DNA of 64,000 nucleotides, taken from the NCBI GenBank assembly GCA_048938025.1, contig JBHLMP010000002.1, positions 1 to 64,000 of the forward strand, written 5' to 3'. Positions 20,801-30,916 of this stretch are shown here, piece after piece. Position numbers and translations under genes: made by a program. Below the pieces are notes generated by a model, which saw nothing but the letters and a program-made list of their open reading frames with translations, was not told the DNA's origin and searched no databases. Numbering within the stretch: the stretch's first letter is position 1; each line of letters opens with the position of its first letter. Origin of the DNA: Promethearchaeota archaeon. GTDB lineage: Archaea > Asgardarchaeota > Lokiarchaeia > Sigyniarchaeales > SOKP01.

Positions 20801-21117
20801 CCAAGTTCATTAAGTTCCACGCCAACATTTAAAGCTGTTTGGCCTCCAAATGCTAATAAAATCCCGTCTGGTTTTTCTTTTTTTATTACTTCCTCCACAT
20901 ATTTAACGTTTATTGGTAATAAGTAAACTTTATCTGATAGTTCTGGATCAGTTTGAATAGTTGCAATATTTGGGTTAATTAAAATAGTTTCTATTCCCTC
21001 TTCTTTGAGGGCTTTTAACACTTGACTTCCTGAATAATCAAATTCTCCAGCTTGGCCAATACGGATTCCTCCAGAACCTAAAACCAATGCTTTTCTAATT
21101 TTTTTATCTAATGGCAT
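17806..21117 (-). CDS. carB: Carbamoyl-phosphate synthase large subunit
   Basis: GSGGIRIGQAGEFDYSG, duplicated ATP-grasp domains, NPETVSTDYD, C-terminal MGS domain. Confidence 0.98.
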   Translation of the reverse strand: MPLDKKIRKALVLGSGGIRIGQAGEFDYSGSQVLKALKEEGIETILINPNIATIQTDPELSDKVYLLPINVKYVEEVIKKEKPDGILLAFGGQTALNVGVELNELGILKKYNVRVLGTPIKAIEATEDRDLFVKAMEKSNVKVCKSQAVSSYAGALKAVKEIGFPCMIRVAYTLGGRGSGIVNNMKEFERMAKKGLAQSRINQILIEESIWGWKEIEYEVVRDSQDNCFINCNMENFDPVGLHTGESLVVSPSQTLTNQEYQMLRSASIRVIRNLGIIGECNIQYGLDPFSKEFRAIEVNARLSRSSALASKATGYPLAYIAAKLAIGYTLPELKNKITGITTACFEPALDYLVLKIPRWDLTKFQKVDRRIGSQMKSVGEVMAIGRTFEEVLQKAIRMLDIGMKGFVANDLEPIDDINELKYALRNPTDLRVFRFAEAIKRGVSLDEIYRLSRVDKWFLHKLKNIIVLERHLQDLDLLESNDNEKKYWLERAKRYGFSDGQIAKIMEVDTIFIRQLRRRLGIQPYVKRIDTLAAEWPAITNYLYLTYSASEHDIDFTVENNSNLSKIIVLGSGTYRIGASVEFDWGSVNCLWGLKKLDIDQAIMINYNPETVSTDYDISDKLYFEEISGERVLDICELEKATGIVVSAGGQIANNLATKISKYSEFFRKTNLKILGTHGSRIDMAEDRSKFSALLDQLNIKQPQWNALINKEEALRFAKEVGYPVLVRPSYVLSGAAMRVSYDEKTLQDTLDLAAAVSSEYPVVITKFFTNAREIECDGISDGDNVLIGAIVEHIENAGIHSGDATMAIPPQTVPKSVINIIENYTTQIALALKIQGPFNVQYLVKNGNVYVIECNLRSSRSMPYVSKTRGINLMRLAAETIMGNKIPKRLLNIPYGTFVSIKAPMFSFMRLDKADPVLGVEMASTGEVACIGQDFPDALIKSLEATEMDIPIEGGNVLISVGGEALKKEVIPLAKKLKSLGFSIFATEDTALTLKTSGIEAVRLYKVHEYGKEPNIMACLQEGRIDMVINIPLPTTVEEKFKKIMEDEYLIRRMAVDYNIPVIINLQLAKAIVEAIENVRQKKVEIKSLNEYHDTLKEIYW

Positions 21118-21121
21118 AAAT

Positions 21122-22255
21122 TCATAACTTTATAAATTCTAAAAATTCATCAAATAAATATATGGAATCTAATGGACCTGGAGATGCTTCAGGGTGAAAT
21201 TGAACTGCTAAAATAGGTTTACTTTCATGTTTCAAACCCTCATTCGAGTCATCATCAATATTTCTTAAAAATTCCTTAAAACCACCCTTTTCAAATTCTT
21301 TAACACAAAATCCATGATTTTGTGAAGTAATATAGCATTTATGAGTTTCTGGATTTATAACTGTTTTATTTCCACCTCTATGCCCATATTTCAATTTGTA
21401 GGATACTCCTCCGGCAGCTAAACCAATTATTTGATTACCTAAGCAAATTCCCATTGTTGGAATATCATTTTTAATTAATTTATGGGCAACTTTTATTGCT
21501 CCCTTATACATGGCAGGATCTCCTGGACCGTTAGAAATAAGAACACCATTGGGAAAAAATTCCATAATTTTTTCGTATGTATAATTATATGGAACAAGAA
21601 TGACTTCTAAATTTCTTTTCACTAAATTTCTTAAAATATTATTTTTAACACCCAAATCTAATACAACTATTTTGCCAATAGGATTAGTTGGAATAAACTT
21701 TTTAACTTCTTTTGTGGATACTTCACTTGCTAAGTGTCTAAGGTTAGGATCTTCAACCTTTTTAACCTCTTCACGTAATTCCTTAATATTAGGTTTCTCA
21801 CCTGAATTGAAAACAGAAATTAATCCTAATTGAACGCCTTCTTCCCTTAATATTTTTGTAATAGCCCTTGTATCCATCCATTCAATTCCTGGGACATCTT
21901 CTTCAAGAAGGAATTTCTCTAAAGATTTTACACTTTCATAATGGCTCGGGTCCTTACAACACTCATTTACTACAAGACCGCTTACTTTAATTGAATCTGA
22001 CTCAAAATATTTACTAATACCATATCTATCTTTTTCGTTCGTAGGAACTCCATAATTACCCACCAACGGGTGTGTCATTACTACTATCTGACCTTTATAT
22101 GATGGATCGGTTAAAGTCTCATTATAACCAGCACCAGTTATAGTGGTAAAAACAAGCTCACCTGACACTATTTTTGTGGCACCAAACCCTATCCCTTGAA
22201 AGTAACGACCATCTTGAAGCATTAAAATAGCAGGTCTTTCCTTCTTATAAAGCAT
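21122..22255 (-). CDS. carA: Carbamoyl-phosphate synthase small subunit
   Basis: TDPSYKGQ, SNGPGDP, GICLG, SQNHGF, QFHPEASPGP. Confidence 0.98.
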   Translation of the reverse strand: MLYKKERPAILMLQDGRYFQGIGFGATKIVSGELVFTTITGAGYNETLTDPSYKGQIVVMTHPLVGNYGVPTNEKDRYGISKYFESDSIKVSGLVVNECCKDPSHYESVKSLEKFLLEEDVPGIEWMDTRAITKILREEGVQLGLISVFNSGEKPNIKELREEVKKVEDPNLRHLASEVSTKEVKKFIPTNPIGKIVVLDLGVKNNILRNLVKRNLEVILVPYNYTYEKIMEFFPNGVLISNGPGDPAMYKGAIKVAHKLIKNDIPTMGICLGNQIIGLAAGGVSYKLKYGHRGGNKTVINPETHKCYITSQNHGFCVKEFEKGGFKEFLRNIDDDSNEGLKHESKPILAVQFHPEASPGPLDSIYLFDEFLEFIKL

Positions 22256-22386
22256 CTAAATTAATCTATGATTTTTCTTTTTCAATCTTAAAATAAAGAT
22301 AACTATTATTTTTTATTAAGATTGATTATTAATGTGTTAAACAAAAAATGGTAGGAGTAATTTCTATAAATAAGAAATTTAAGAGA

Positions 22387-23424
22387 TTATTGTTTACTAA
22401 TTGAAAGATAATATTCTTTATAAGTGGTTTTAATAGCTTCAAAAATTGATTCTAAACTTATATTATCAAAATTAGACCACCACGAATAAATTTTGGTGTA
22501 AGATTTTTCTAAATCTTTAGATTTTTGTATAGATATTACATTTTGATCAATTAAAAAAGAGGGATTCAATATATCCTCAGCACCTTCTTCTAAATCTGCT
22601 AAGTTTTGAAGCATGCATTCAAGTAAATCATCATAAAATAGAATGGGGATATATTTTTTTTCTGTAGGTCTCAATTCATTTAATAGAATACTCTGTTCGT
22701 TTTTATTTGTGGGAAAATCCCTCTCATGAAGGTTAAAAATTTCTATGTCTATAAGTTCAGGAAAATATTGAGTCTGTTTTACTTTTTTCCTCTTCTGATG
22801 GATCATTACTTCTTTTACTTTGAAAAGTAAAACATTTCTTTGCCTTCCTCTTATATCAACAAGAATTGAATTTTCATTAATTCTTTTATTACAAATATCT
22901 GTAATTATTTGGCAATACTCGGTAGCAGCTTTAACAAGATCCTCTTCATCTAACTTTGCTTTTACCATTGTATGCAAATAAGCTCTTAAAAAAGCTGAAA
23001 AATCTTCCTCTAAATGAGATAAATTTCCATAAAGATACCTAGTGGAATTCCACCATTTACTTGCCCGTTCAATCGAAAGAGAAGTATAAAATTTTTCTCG
23101 GGCTCTAACCTCAGTGAAATATAATAGTTTTTCTATTCCAAGCTTTATGAATGGGTTTGGGTTGATTGCTGCTACAAGATCTTCGCCGATCATAAAAGAT
23201 ATCGGTTCCCTTGGACGAATTAGAATTGAATTTTCAGCATTATAGACACGATCAACTCTCATTGGTAAAGGCATTATTGGATTGGATTTAATGGATTTTA
23301 TTAATTCGACATAGTGAGGTTGTTTTAAGCCTGAAGTATCTGCTTGGAACACATCAATGAAAAAGAAAAACGGTGCAGCGTCATATTTGTAAGTTTTAAA
23401 TTTATGTATACTTATGAGGTTCAC
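22387..23424 (-). CDS. Hypothetical protein
   Basis: 345-aa ORF with typical composition; no recognised domain. Confidence 0.75.
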   Translation of the reverse strand: MNLISIHKFKTYKYDAAPFFFFIDVFQADTSGLKQPHYVELIKSIKSNPIMPLPMRVDRVYNAENSILIRPREPISFMIGEDLVAAINPNPFIKLGIEKLLYFTEVRAREKFYTSLSIERASKWWNSTRYLYGNLSHLEEDFSAFLRAYLHTMVKAKLDEEDLVKAATEYCQIITDICNKRINENSILVDIRGRQRNVLLFKVKEVMIHQKRKKVKQTQYFPELIDIEIFNLHERDFPTNKNEQSILLNELRPTEKKYIPILFYDDLLECMLQNLADLEEGAEDILNPSFLIDQNVISIQKSKDLEKSYTKIYSWWSNFDNISLESIFEAIKTTYKEYYLSISKQ

Positions 23425-23482
23425 CTGAACATAATCAATAAAAAAATAATACTATTTAGAAAATTAAGAAAAAAAAATAAAT

Positions 23483-24649
23483 TTATTTCATATCTACAAA
23501 TTTTCCACTTTTAAATAAATCACAAGGTTTTAGGTATTCACTCCCAATCTCTTCAGAAATATTTTCCAATTTCTTAAGAAATTTGTTATAATTTTTTATC
23601 CCTTCGCCAAAAGGACCGGGAGTATTCATACCAGCCATATTGGCATCATCAATAACTTGCCAACCACTCGCAATACCCTCTTCTAAGATTCTGCATCCTT
23701 CATTGAGACGAATAGCAAGACCCACATCAGGATCAACCAATCCTGCTTTTTGAATTTTAGAAAAATCTGGTTGTGGTCTTCCTTTTAACCAGTCATAAAA
23801 TCCCTGTCCTGTTTTTCTACCTAATTTTCCTTCCTTGAACATTTTAGTTATTACTTTTCCTGGTCTGAAATCCTCGTGCAATGTTTCAGCATAATAGTTT
23901 CGTCCATGATATGCGGTATCAATACCAGTATAATCCATTAACACAAGTGGAGACATTGGTCCTCCGCTCCCATAATCCGCGTCTAAAGACTCAAATGGAA
24001 TTCCTCTTTCAAAACAAGTATCAAGAAGATAATTTAAATATATTGAATTTGGAGCATTGAGTCTGTTTACAATAAAACCTGGTCTATCTTTTAATACTTT
24101 TGCTATATATCGATCTCCTCTAAGGCATGGTAAACTTTCGCCTACTTTTATTCCAATTTCCATGGATTCTTCAGAAGATTTCTTACCTGCTATAACTTCA
24201 ATTAATCTCATTAAAGGAGCTGGATTAAAAAAATGCATACCAATACATTTATCTTCTCTATTAGTTGCAGTAGCCATTTCGGTTATTGACATAGTTGAAG
24301 TATTTGAAGCAATAATACAGTGAGAAGGAGCATTATTATCACAAATTTTGAAAATCTCTTTCTTAACATCCATTTTTTCAACTACGGCTTCAATAATATA
24401 GTCTGCATTTTTTACTGCAGAAGCTAAGTCTAATGTGGTGTTTAATCGTGCCATATTTTCTACTACTGATAACTTTCCTTTAGCTTCAAGTCTTTTTAAC
24501 CCATCCTCAATGTTAATAATACCTTTATCAATAAATTCTTGCTTTATATCAACTACTGTAACGTTATAGCCTGCCATTAGAGAAACCTGAGCTATACCGG
24601 AACCCATTAACCCAACACCAATAACAATAATATTCTTAACATCACTCAT
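23483..24649 (-). CDS. 3-hydroxyacyl-CoA dehydrogenase with duplicated C-terminal domain
   Basis: GVGLMGSGIA, IEAVVE, SNTST, GMHFFNPAP, GKLGRKTGQGFY. Confidence 0.92.
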   Translation of the reverse strand: MSDVKNIIVIGVGLMGSGIAQVSLMAGYNVTVVDIKQEFIDKGIINIEDGLKRLEAKGKLSVVENMARLNTTLDLASAVKNADYIIEAVVEKMDVKKEIFKICDNNAPSHCIIASNTSTMSITEMATATNREDKCIGMHFFNPAPLMRLIEVIAGKKSSEESMEIGIKVGESLPCLRGDRYIAKVLKDRPGFIVNRLNAPNSIYLNYLLDTCFERGIPFESLDADYGSGGPMSPLVLMDYTGIDTAYHGRNYYAETLHEDFRPGKVITKMFKEGKLGRKTGQGFYDWLKGRPQPDFSKIQKAGLVDPDVGLAIRLNEGCRILEEGIASGWQVIDDANMAGMNTPGPFGEGIKNYNKFLKKLENISEEIGSEYLKPCDLFKSGKFVDMK

Positions 24650-24717
24650 CTTAATCTAAACCAACCTTTCAAAAATTTTTACCCAAATAAATGCTTGTTT
24701 CTAATAAAATCTATTGA

Positions 24718-25611
24718 TTATGGGTTGCTTCTAATAAATTCAACTATAATCTCAGCTAGCTCAGGACCTTTATCTTCTTGTACAAAATGACCGGCACCTT
24801 TAATGGTGGTGTGATTTTGCCCTTGACAACCCGGAACAATTTTCTGCCAAAATCTTTCTCCACCTCTGGTGATTGGATCACTATCAGAAAATGCTGTTAA
24901 AAATGGTTTCTTCCATTTACGAAATTTTCCTGTAGCATTTTTATTAGCATCATGTTCTGGGTCATCTTTACCAATCGGGACTAGCGAGGGCATAATTCGA
25001 GCGCCAGCTTTGAAAGAGTCATCTGGAAATGGTGCATCATATCCTCTTAATATATCATCTGATAATTGAGTGGTTGTACCATCTTGAATGATTGTTTTTA
25101 TATCAAAAACAGGAGAATTTCTCGAAAATTCACGGAATTTTAAAAAAACATTAGACATTCTCTGCTCTCCAGTGGGAAGTCCTCCATTGGATAAAACTAT
25201 TCGCCTAAAACGATCTTGATTTTCTATAGCTACCCGTAAACCTATTAAAGATCCCCAATCTTGGCAAAATAAAGTAATATTATGAAGATTAAGTGTTTTC
25301 ATCCATTTTGTAATCCATTCTACATGCTTACTATAAGTATAGTCACTTTGTTCTGTTGGTTTATCCGATCGTCCAAATCCTACTAAATCTGGTGCCAATA
25401 TCTGATAACCAGCATCTACAAGAATTGGAATCATATGCCTATATAAAAAACACCATGAAGGTTCACCATGCATTAGTAAAACACATTCTGTACTATTCAA
25501 TCCCTCATCTAAATAATGAATCCTAATACCATCAACAACTATATAATTAGGTTTATATGGAAAATTAGGAAGATTTTCAAATTTTTCTTCTGACGTACGT
25601 AATAATTTCAT
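24718..25611 (-). CDS. Haloalkane dehalogenase (DhlA-like, HLD-I)
   Basis: HGEPSW, PDLVGFGRSDKP, QDWG nucleophile, AGHFVQED; the ATG follows AGGTGA. Confidence 0.88.
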   Translation of the reverse strand: MKLLRTSEEKFENLPNFPYKPNYIVVDGIRIHYLDEGLNSTECVLLMHGEPSWCFLYRHMIPILVDAGYQILAPDLVGFGRSDKPTEQSDYTYSKHVEWITKWMKTLNLHNITLFCQDWGSLIGLRVAIENQDRFRRIVLSNGGLPTGEQRMSNVFLKFREFSRNSPVFDIKTIIQDGTTTQLSDDILRGYDAPFPDDSFKAGARIMPSLVPIGKDDPEHDANKNATGKFRKWKKPFLTAFSDSDPITRGGERFWQKIVPGCQGQNHTTIKGAGHFVQEDKGPELAEIIVEFIRSNP

Positions 25612-25629
25612 ATTTTTCACCTTATTTTT

Positions 25630-26196
25630 TTAAAACTTTGTGCTTTTTTTTGACTTAAAAATTATTGCTGGTTTGGTCCTCTCAGAATAAGTGAAATTAT
25701 CTGCTTCTCTAATTTCACCATATTTTGCTTTGAGTTCTTCGAGATTACCCACATAGAGAGCCCGAGGTCGACAAGTTTGAACGCAAACTGGTATTTTATT
25801 TTCTAAGTACCTATCTAAACAAAAGGTGCACTTTCTCATCTTTGCTCCTTTTTCTGGTCCGAATTGGGGTGCATTATAGGGACATGCCTTTAAGCATTTA
25901 GAATCACATTCTTCATTGCCAACGCATTTATCACTATCAACAATAACTATTCCATCTTCTTCTCTTTTTGTTATAGCATTGACAGGACAAACAGGGATGC
26001 AGACGGGATCTTCGCAATGATAACAAGGCCTTACTAAATAACTTACGAAAACATTTGGAGTTTTTCCTTTTTCATTATAAAGTACCTTCATCCAAAATTC
26101 TGGTCCTGCTGGAATATCATTCCAATCTTTGCAAGCGACTATACATGCATTACATCCTGTACATCGAGTTTGATCAAAATAGAAACCAATCTGCAT
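25630..26196 (-). CDS. DmsB-like 4x[4Fe-4S] electron-transfer subunit
   Basis: FDQTRCTGCNACIVACKD, CYHCEDPVC..VCP, KCTFC..R...PVCVQTC. Confidence 0.92.
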   Translation of the reverse strand: MQIGFYFDQTRCTGCNACIVACKDWNDIPAGPEFWMKVLYNEKGKTPNVFVSYLVRPCYHCEDPVCIPVCPVNAITKREEDGIVIVDSDKCVGNEECDSKCLKACPYNAPQFGPEKGAKMRKCTFCLDRYLENKIPVCVQTCRPRALYVGNLEELKAKYGEIREADNFTYSERTKPAIIFKSKKSTKF

Positions 26197-26197
26197 T

Positions 26198-28447
26198 TTA
26201 TATCACCTCCGGTTTATCTTTGCTTACTTGCACAAGACATGTTTTCAAACAACAAGCCCCGTCAGGAGCATAAGCATTTTTTGTCAAAGTATTAGCGCAG
26301 CCGCCTCTATCAATGCCTTCCTCATCAGGAGTATACCATGCCCCTTCATGGATGACTATAACTCCGGGAATAATTCGCTCCGTAACCCATGCTTCAATTG
26401 ATAAAGTCCCTCTATCGTTATAAACATATATTAAATCTCCTGTCTTAATATCTCTAGGTTCAGCATCAATGGAATTAATCCAACACCTATGAGGATCAAC
26501 CTCTTTAAGCCATTCGACAAGATATAATTCGGAATGAACTCTATTCTTAGGGTGCGGAGAAAGCATTTGCAATGGGTATTTTTCGATCAAGGGATCAAAT
26601 CTATCTTCCCAAGTACTTAAATATTTAGGAATGGGGGGTAAATTGGGATCATTTATATCAGCTACTCGTTGCGAAAAGATTTCAATTTTTCCTGAAGGCG
26701 TCTTGAAAGGATTGTTTTCAGGGTCTTCTATTTGTTTTTTAAACGCCACATAAGGTTCGTCTAATTTTACTCTCCAAATTCCATCTTCTTTATATTTATC
26801 ATAATCAGTGACATGCTCTTTAATATCTTTTGTACCTCTCCAAAACCTTTTTAATTGCCTTTCCTCATCGTAATGTTTAAAATCTTCAATACCTAATCTT
26901 TCTGCAAGTTCTTCAGCAATGGTGATATCGTGCTTGCACTCCCCTATGGGTTCAATAGCTTTATTCATATATCCAAAATATGGTCCAGATGGCCAAGGTC
27001 GGGTCAAATCAGATCTTTCTGCCATGCTAGTTGTTGGTAATACGATATCTGCAAATTTAGCTGTGGGGGTCATGAATAATTCAACACTAACCATATAATC
27101 GAGCTTTTTTAATGCTTCTGCATTGTGATTAGTATTACCTAACTGATTTAAAAAATTATTGCCGCAAAACCATCCAAATTTGATGTCGTATGGATATCCA
27201 CCTTCCTTACCTACTAAAATCTGATCAAATATCTTATTAGTATGAACCCTTGTGCGTAAACGATGATTTAAATTCACTGATCCTCGTACTGAAATTCTAT
27301 CAGGATGGTTTTCTTCAACCGGATTCCTACTTGGAGGTAAAATAAATGGTCCAAAAAACATGTGGGCTATTGGAATACCCATTAGTCCACCACAAGCAGC
27401 GCCACCTTTTCGTCCAACATTTCCAGTCATGGCAGATAATGTCATAGCACCTCTAATATATTGTCCACCCATTGCACTGCGTGCTGGTCCTTGACAGTCC
27501 ATCAACGCTGCTGGTTTAGTGTTGGCATATTCACGAGCTAATTCTCTGATCGTTTCTGCTGGTACGTTGCAGATCTTTTCAGCCCATTCTGGTGTTTTTT
27601 CAACCCCATCTTCTTCTCCCATCACATATTCTTTAAATTTATCAAATCCAATCGTATACTTATCCAAAAAAGATTTGTCATGAAGGTTTTCTGTTATCAT
27701 TACATTAGCCATAGCAACCATCATTGCCACATCAGTACCTGGTAAAATAGGTATCCATTTGTCAGCTACTACAATATCCGTATCGGAATATTTAGGATTA
27801 ATACTTATAACTTTAGCACCTTTTTCATGTGCTTTTATAAGATAATATAATGCATCTGTTCCTGAATTCATTCTCGCAGGATTCCAACCCCATAATATTA
27901 TTAATTTTGAATTTAACATATCTTCTCGGCTATGACCTACAAATGGAGACGCATATTGAGTCATTGTCGCCCAAACAGCACCCTCAGAGGATACATTTCC
28001 ATGGTGTGTGGAGAAACCACCAAAATGGGTAAATAATCTAATCATTGCGAGAATAGGATGATGATATGCGCCGATATAACCACCACCCATAGGAAGAAAT
28101 ATTGCCTCATTACCGTATTTTTCTTTTGTATATTTGAGTTTTTCAGCTATCTCATCTAATGCTTCATCCCATGAAATGCGTTTAAACTTACCCTCTCCTT
28201 TTAGTCCGACTCTCTTCAGTGGATACTTAAGCCTCTCTGGATGGTAAATCTCTTTTCGAATAGCGCGACATTTTACACAGGTTCTAAGTTGGTTTTCTTC
28301 ATCAACTAAGTCGTCCCCCTCAACACGGATAATTTTACCATTCTTCACATGAAATTTAATAGGACAACGTCCCCCACAATCGAATGCTGATGTAGTCCTT
28401 ACAACCTTAACCTCGTCAACTTTCTGTTGTTCGTTTTGATTTTCCAT
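26198..28447 (-). CDS. DMSO reductase family molybdopterin oxidoreductase catalytic subunit (DmsA-like, no Tat signal)
   Basis: DCGGRC Fe-S motif, ISWDEALD, WGWNP, PGTD, TPTAKFADIVLP, C-terminal MGD-binding domain. Confidence 0.92.
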   Translation of the reverse strand: MENQNEQQKVDEVKVVRTTSAFDCGGRCPIKFHVKNGKIIRVEGDDLVDEENQLRTCVKCRAIRKEIYHPERLKYPLKRVGLKGEGKFKRISWDEALDEIAEKLKYTKEKYGNEAIFLPMGGGYIGAYHHPILAMIRLFTHFGGFSTHHGNVSSEGAVWATMTQYASPFVGHSREDMLNSKLIILWGWNPARMNSGTDALYYLIKAHEKGAKVISINPKYSDTDIVVADKWIPILPGTDVAMMVAMANVMITENLHDKSFLDKYTIGFDKFKEYVMGEEDGVEKTPEWAEKICNVPAETIRELAREYANTKPAALMDCQGPARSAMGGQYIRGAMTLSAMTGNVGRKGGAACGGLMGIPIAHMFFGPFILPPSRNPVEENHPDRISVRGSVNLNHRLRTRVHTNKIFDQILVGKEGGYPYDIKFGWFCGNNFLNQLGNTNHNAEALKKLDYMVSVELFMTPTAKFADIVLPTTSMAERSDLTRPWPSGPYFGYMNKAIEPIGECKHDITIAEELAERLGIEDFKHYDEERQLKRFWRGTKDIKEHVTDYDKYKEDGIWRVKLDEPYVAFKKQIEDPENNPFKTPSGKIEIFSQRVADINDPNLPPIPKYLSTWEDRFDPLIEKYPLQMLSPHPKNRVHSELYLVEWLKEVDPHRCWINSIDAEPRDIKTGDLIYVYNDRGTLSIEAWVTERIIPGVIVIHEGAWYTPDEEGIDRGGCANTLTKNAYAPDGACCLKTCLVQVSKDKPEVI
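27523..27685 (-). repeat. 163-bp perfect inverted repeat, left copy
   Basis: Reverse complement identical to 29381-29543. Confidence 0.95.
28125..28177 (-). repeat. 53-bp perfect inverted repeat, left copy
   Basis: Reverse complement identical to 28892-28944. Confidence 0.95.
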
Positions 28448-28627
28448 AAAATCATCTTTTATATAATTGTAATATTTTTAGATGTATTAGTTATTAAATT
28501 TTTATAATTAAATGTAAGTTTGCATAAAGAAGTGAGAAGAGAATCATTAAATATATGATTTTTTCATAAAAAGTATTTAAACACTGTATATTTTTTCTAG
28601 TTAAAATTTATCTTAAAATAAAAAAGA

Positions 28628-30916
28628 TTGAGTGAATTTAAAATAGAAATAAAAGACATTGATTTTAAAGTAATTAAAACTGGTTGTTGTCACGATTGTG
28701 GCGGACGTTGTGTTCTTAGAGCACATGTTAAAGATGGTAAAATCATAAGAATTGAAACTGATAATGGAGAAGAACCTCAATTGAGAGCGTGTGTGCGTGG
28801 AAGAGCCTACAGACAAAGGATTTACTCCGCAGAGAGACTAAGATATCCTCTGCGTCGTATTGGCGAACGAGGTGAAGGTATATTTGAACGTATTTCATGG
28901 GATGAAGCATTAGATGAGATAGCTGAAAAACTCAAATATACAAAGGATAAATACGGTAATTCCGCTATATTATTGGTTCCGGGTGGAGGAAACCAAGGGA
29001 TGGTACATGGAATCGTACCAGTTGCTTTAATGCTTCATCAAATCGGAGGATATACTAGAATGTGGGGGGCTCCTTCATATGAGGGGGCACTTTTTGCATC
29101 AATGGCGACTTATGGGACAATGATGACTGGTAATGCACGTGAAGATTTATTAAATTCAAAACTAATTATCATGTGGGGCTGGAATCCTGCTAACACAATC
29201 TGGGATCCTGGGACAAGCCTAATATTAGCTAAAGCTAAAGAGAAAGGAATTAAAATAATAACTATTGATCCTATTTTTACAGATTCAGCAGCAATATTCG
29301 CTAATCAATGGATACCAATTCGACCAGGTACCGATACAGCAATGCTACTTTCAATTGCCTATGTAATTATTAAAGAAAATCTTCATGACAAATCTTTTTT
29401 GGATAAGTATACGATTGGATTTGATAAATTTAAAGAATATGTGATGGGAGAAGAAGATGGGGTTGAAAAAACACCAGAATGGGCTGAAAAGATCTGCAAC
29501 GTACCAGCAGAAACGATCAGAGAATTAGCTCGTGAATATGCCACTTCTAAACCAGCTGCTCTTATAGCAGGTTGGGGGCCAGCCAGAACAGCTTTTGGAG
29601 AACAATATTCTCGTGCTGCTAATGTACTTTGTGCCATTACAGGGAACATTGGGATTAAAGGTGGCTATGCTTCTGGCTTTATGAGAGCATATTATAGTCG
29701 TGAGAGAATAGTACCTGGAGGGAAAAAAACGAAAGATACTTCTACTAAGGAAGAAAAGCCAAAAAAACAAAGATTACAAGATAATCCGGTTGATTTTGGT
29801 GCTTCACCACGTAAAGATGCTTTATATAAATTAAAAGGCGGGACAAATCCTGCCAATACTAGAATTCATTATAATGATTATTACGAAGCAATTTTACAAG
29901 GAAAAAAAGGAGGTTACCCTGCTGATATTAAAATGGCTTATATTGCAGGAACAAATCGTTTAAACCAGTTTAGTAATGTAAATAAAGGTGTTAAGGCTTT
30001 AAAATCTCTTGAATATATAGTTATTCATGAACAATTTATGACACCTACAGCTAAATTTGCTGACATTATTTTACCAATAAATACATTTATGGAACGAAAT
30101 GATGTTGCTGTCCCTTGGCTTGGTTCTCCTTATTACATATATTTGAATAAAGCTATTGATTCCATGTATGAGTCAAAATCGGATTTAGAAATATGCCGGG
30201 AGCTTTTGAAAAGGATGGGTATTAAATCAAGTCTTTTAGATTTGGATGAGGATCAACTATTAAGGTTATTTGTAGCTCCGCGAAAGGACATTAAAAGTTA
30301 TAACAAAATGAAAAGAGATGGCTATTATAAAGTTAAAGTTGAGGAACCATTTGTAGCATTTAAAGATCAAATAGACGATCCTGAGAACAATCCCTTTCCT
30401 ACGTTATCGGGCAAAATTGAAATATATTGTGAACATATAGCAGAAAAAGATATTCCCTTAATGCCACCAATTCCAAAATATTTTAGTCATGATGAACACT
30501 ATGATTCTCCCAAAGTTAAAACGTATCCTCTACAACTTATTACACCTCATAATAAAAGGCGAACACATTCAACCTTAAATATGGTTCCATGGTTGGAAGA
30601 AATAGAAAAACACGCAGTTTGGATTAATCCAGTTGATGCCGAACCAAGAAAAATTAAAGAGGGAGATTTAGTAGACATTTACAATGATAGAGGTAGAATT
30701 CGAATTCCTGCTAAGGTTACAGAAAGGGTGATACCTGGAGTTATAGTAGTATTTCAAGGGAGTTGGTATAATCCTAATAAGGAGGGAGTGGATCTTGGGG
30801 GGTGTGCTAATGTGTTAACAAATGATGTTCACTCTCCGGGAGGGGCTTTTCCAATGAATAGTGCTTTAGTTCAAGTTGAATTATATTCAAAAAATCAAGG
30901 GGAGGGTACAATATGA
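28628..30916 (+). CDS. DMSO reductase family molybdopterin oxidoreductase catalytic subunit (DmsA-like, no Tat signal)
   Basis: CCHDCGGRC..C Fe-S motif, ISWDEALD, WGWNP, IRPGTD, TPTAKFADIILP. Confidence 0.92.
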   Translation: MSEFKIEIKDIDFKVIKTGCCHDCGGRCVLRAHVKDGKIIRIETDNGEEPQLRACVRGRAYRQRIYSAERLRYPLRRIGERGEGIFERISWDEALDEIAEKLKYTKDKYGNSAILLVPGGGNQGMVHGIVPVALMLHQIGGYTRMWGAPSYEGALFASMATYGTMMTGNAREDLLNSKLIIMWGWNPANTIWDPGTSLILAKAKEKGIKIITIDPIFTDSAAIFANQWIPIRPGTDTAMLLSIAYVIIKENLHDKSFLDKYTIGFDKFKEYVMGEEDGVEKTPEWAEKICNVPAETIRELAREYATSKPAALIAGWGPARTAFGEQYSRAANVLCAITGNIGIKGGYASGFMRAYYSRERIVPGGKKTKDTSTKEEKPKKQRLQDNPVDFGASPRKDALYKLKGGTNPANTRIHYNDYYEAILQGKKGGYPADIKMAYIAGTNRLNQFSNVNKGVKALKSLEYIVIHEQFMTPTAKFADIILPINTFMERNDVAVPWLGSPYYIYLNKAIDSMYESKSDLEICRELLKRMGIKSSLLDLDEDQLLRLFVAPRKDIKSYNKMKRDGYYKVKVEEPFVAFKDQIDDPENNPFPTLSGKIEIYCEHIAEKDIPLMPPIPKYFSHDEHYDSPKVKTYPLQLITPHNKRRTHSTLNMVPWLEEIEKHAVWINPVDAEPRKIKEGDLVDIYNDRGRIRIPAKVTERVIPGVIVVFQGSWYNPNKEGVDLGGCANVLTNDVHSPGGAFPMNSALVQVELYSKNQGEGTI
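28892..28944 (+). repeat. 53-bp perfect inverted repeat, right copy
   Basis: Encodes ISWDEALDEIAEKLKYT(K) in both paralogs with identical codons. Confidence 0.95.
29381..29543 (+). repeat. 163-bp perfect inverted repeat, right copy
   Basis: Encodes LHDKSF...RELAREYA in both paralogs with identical codons. Confidence 0.95.
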
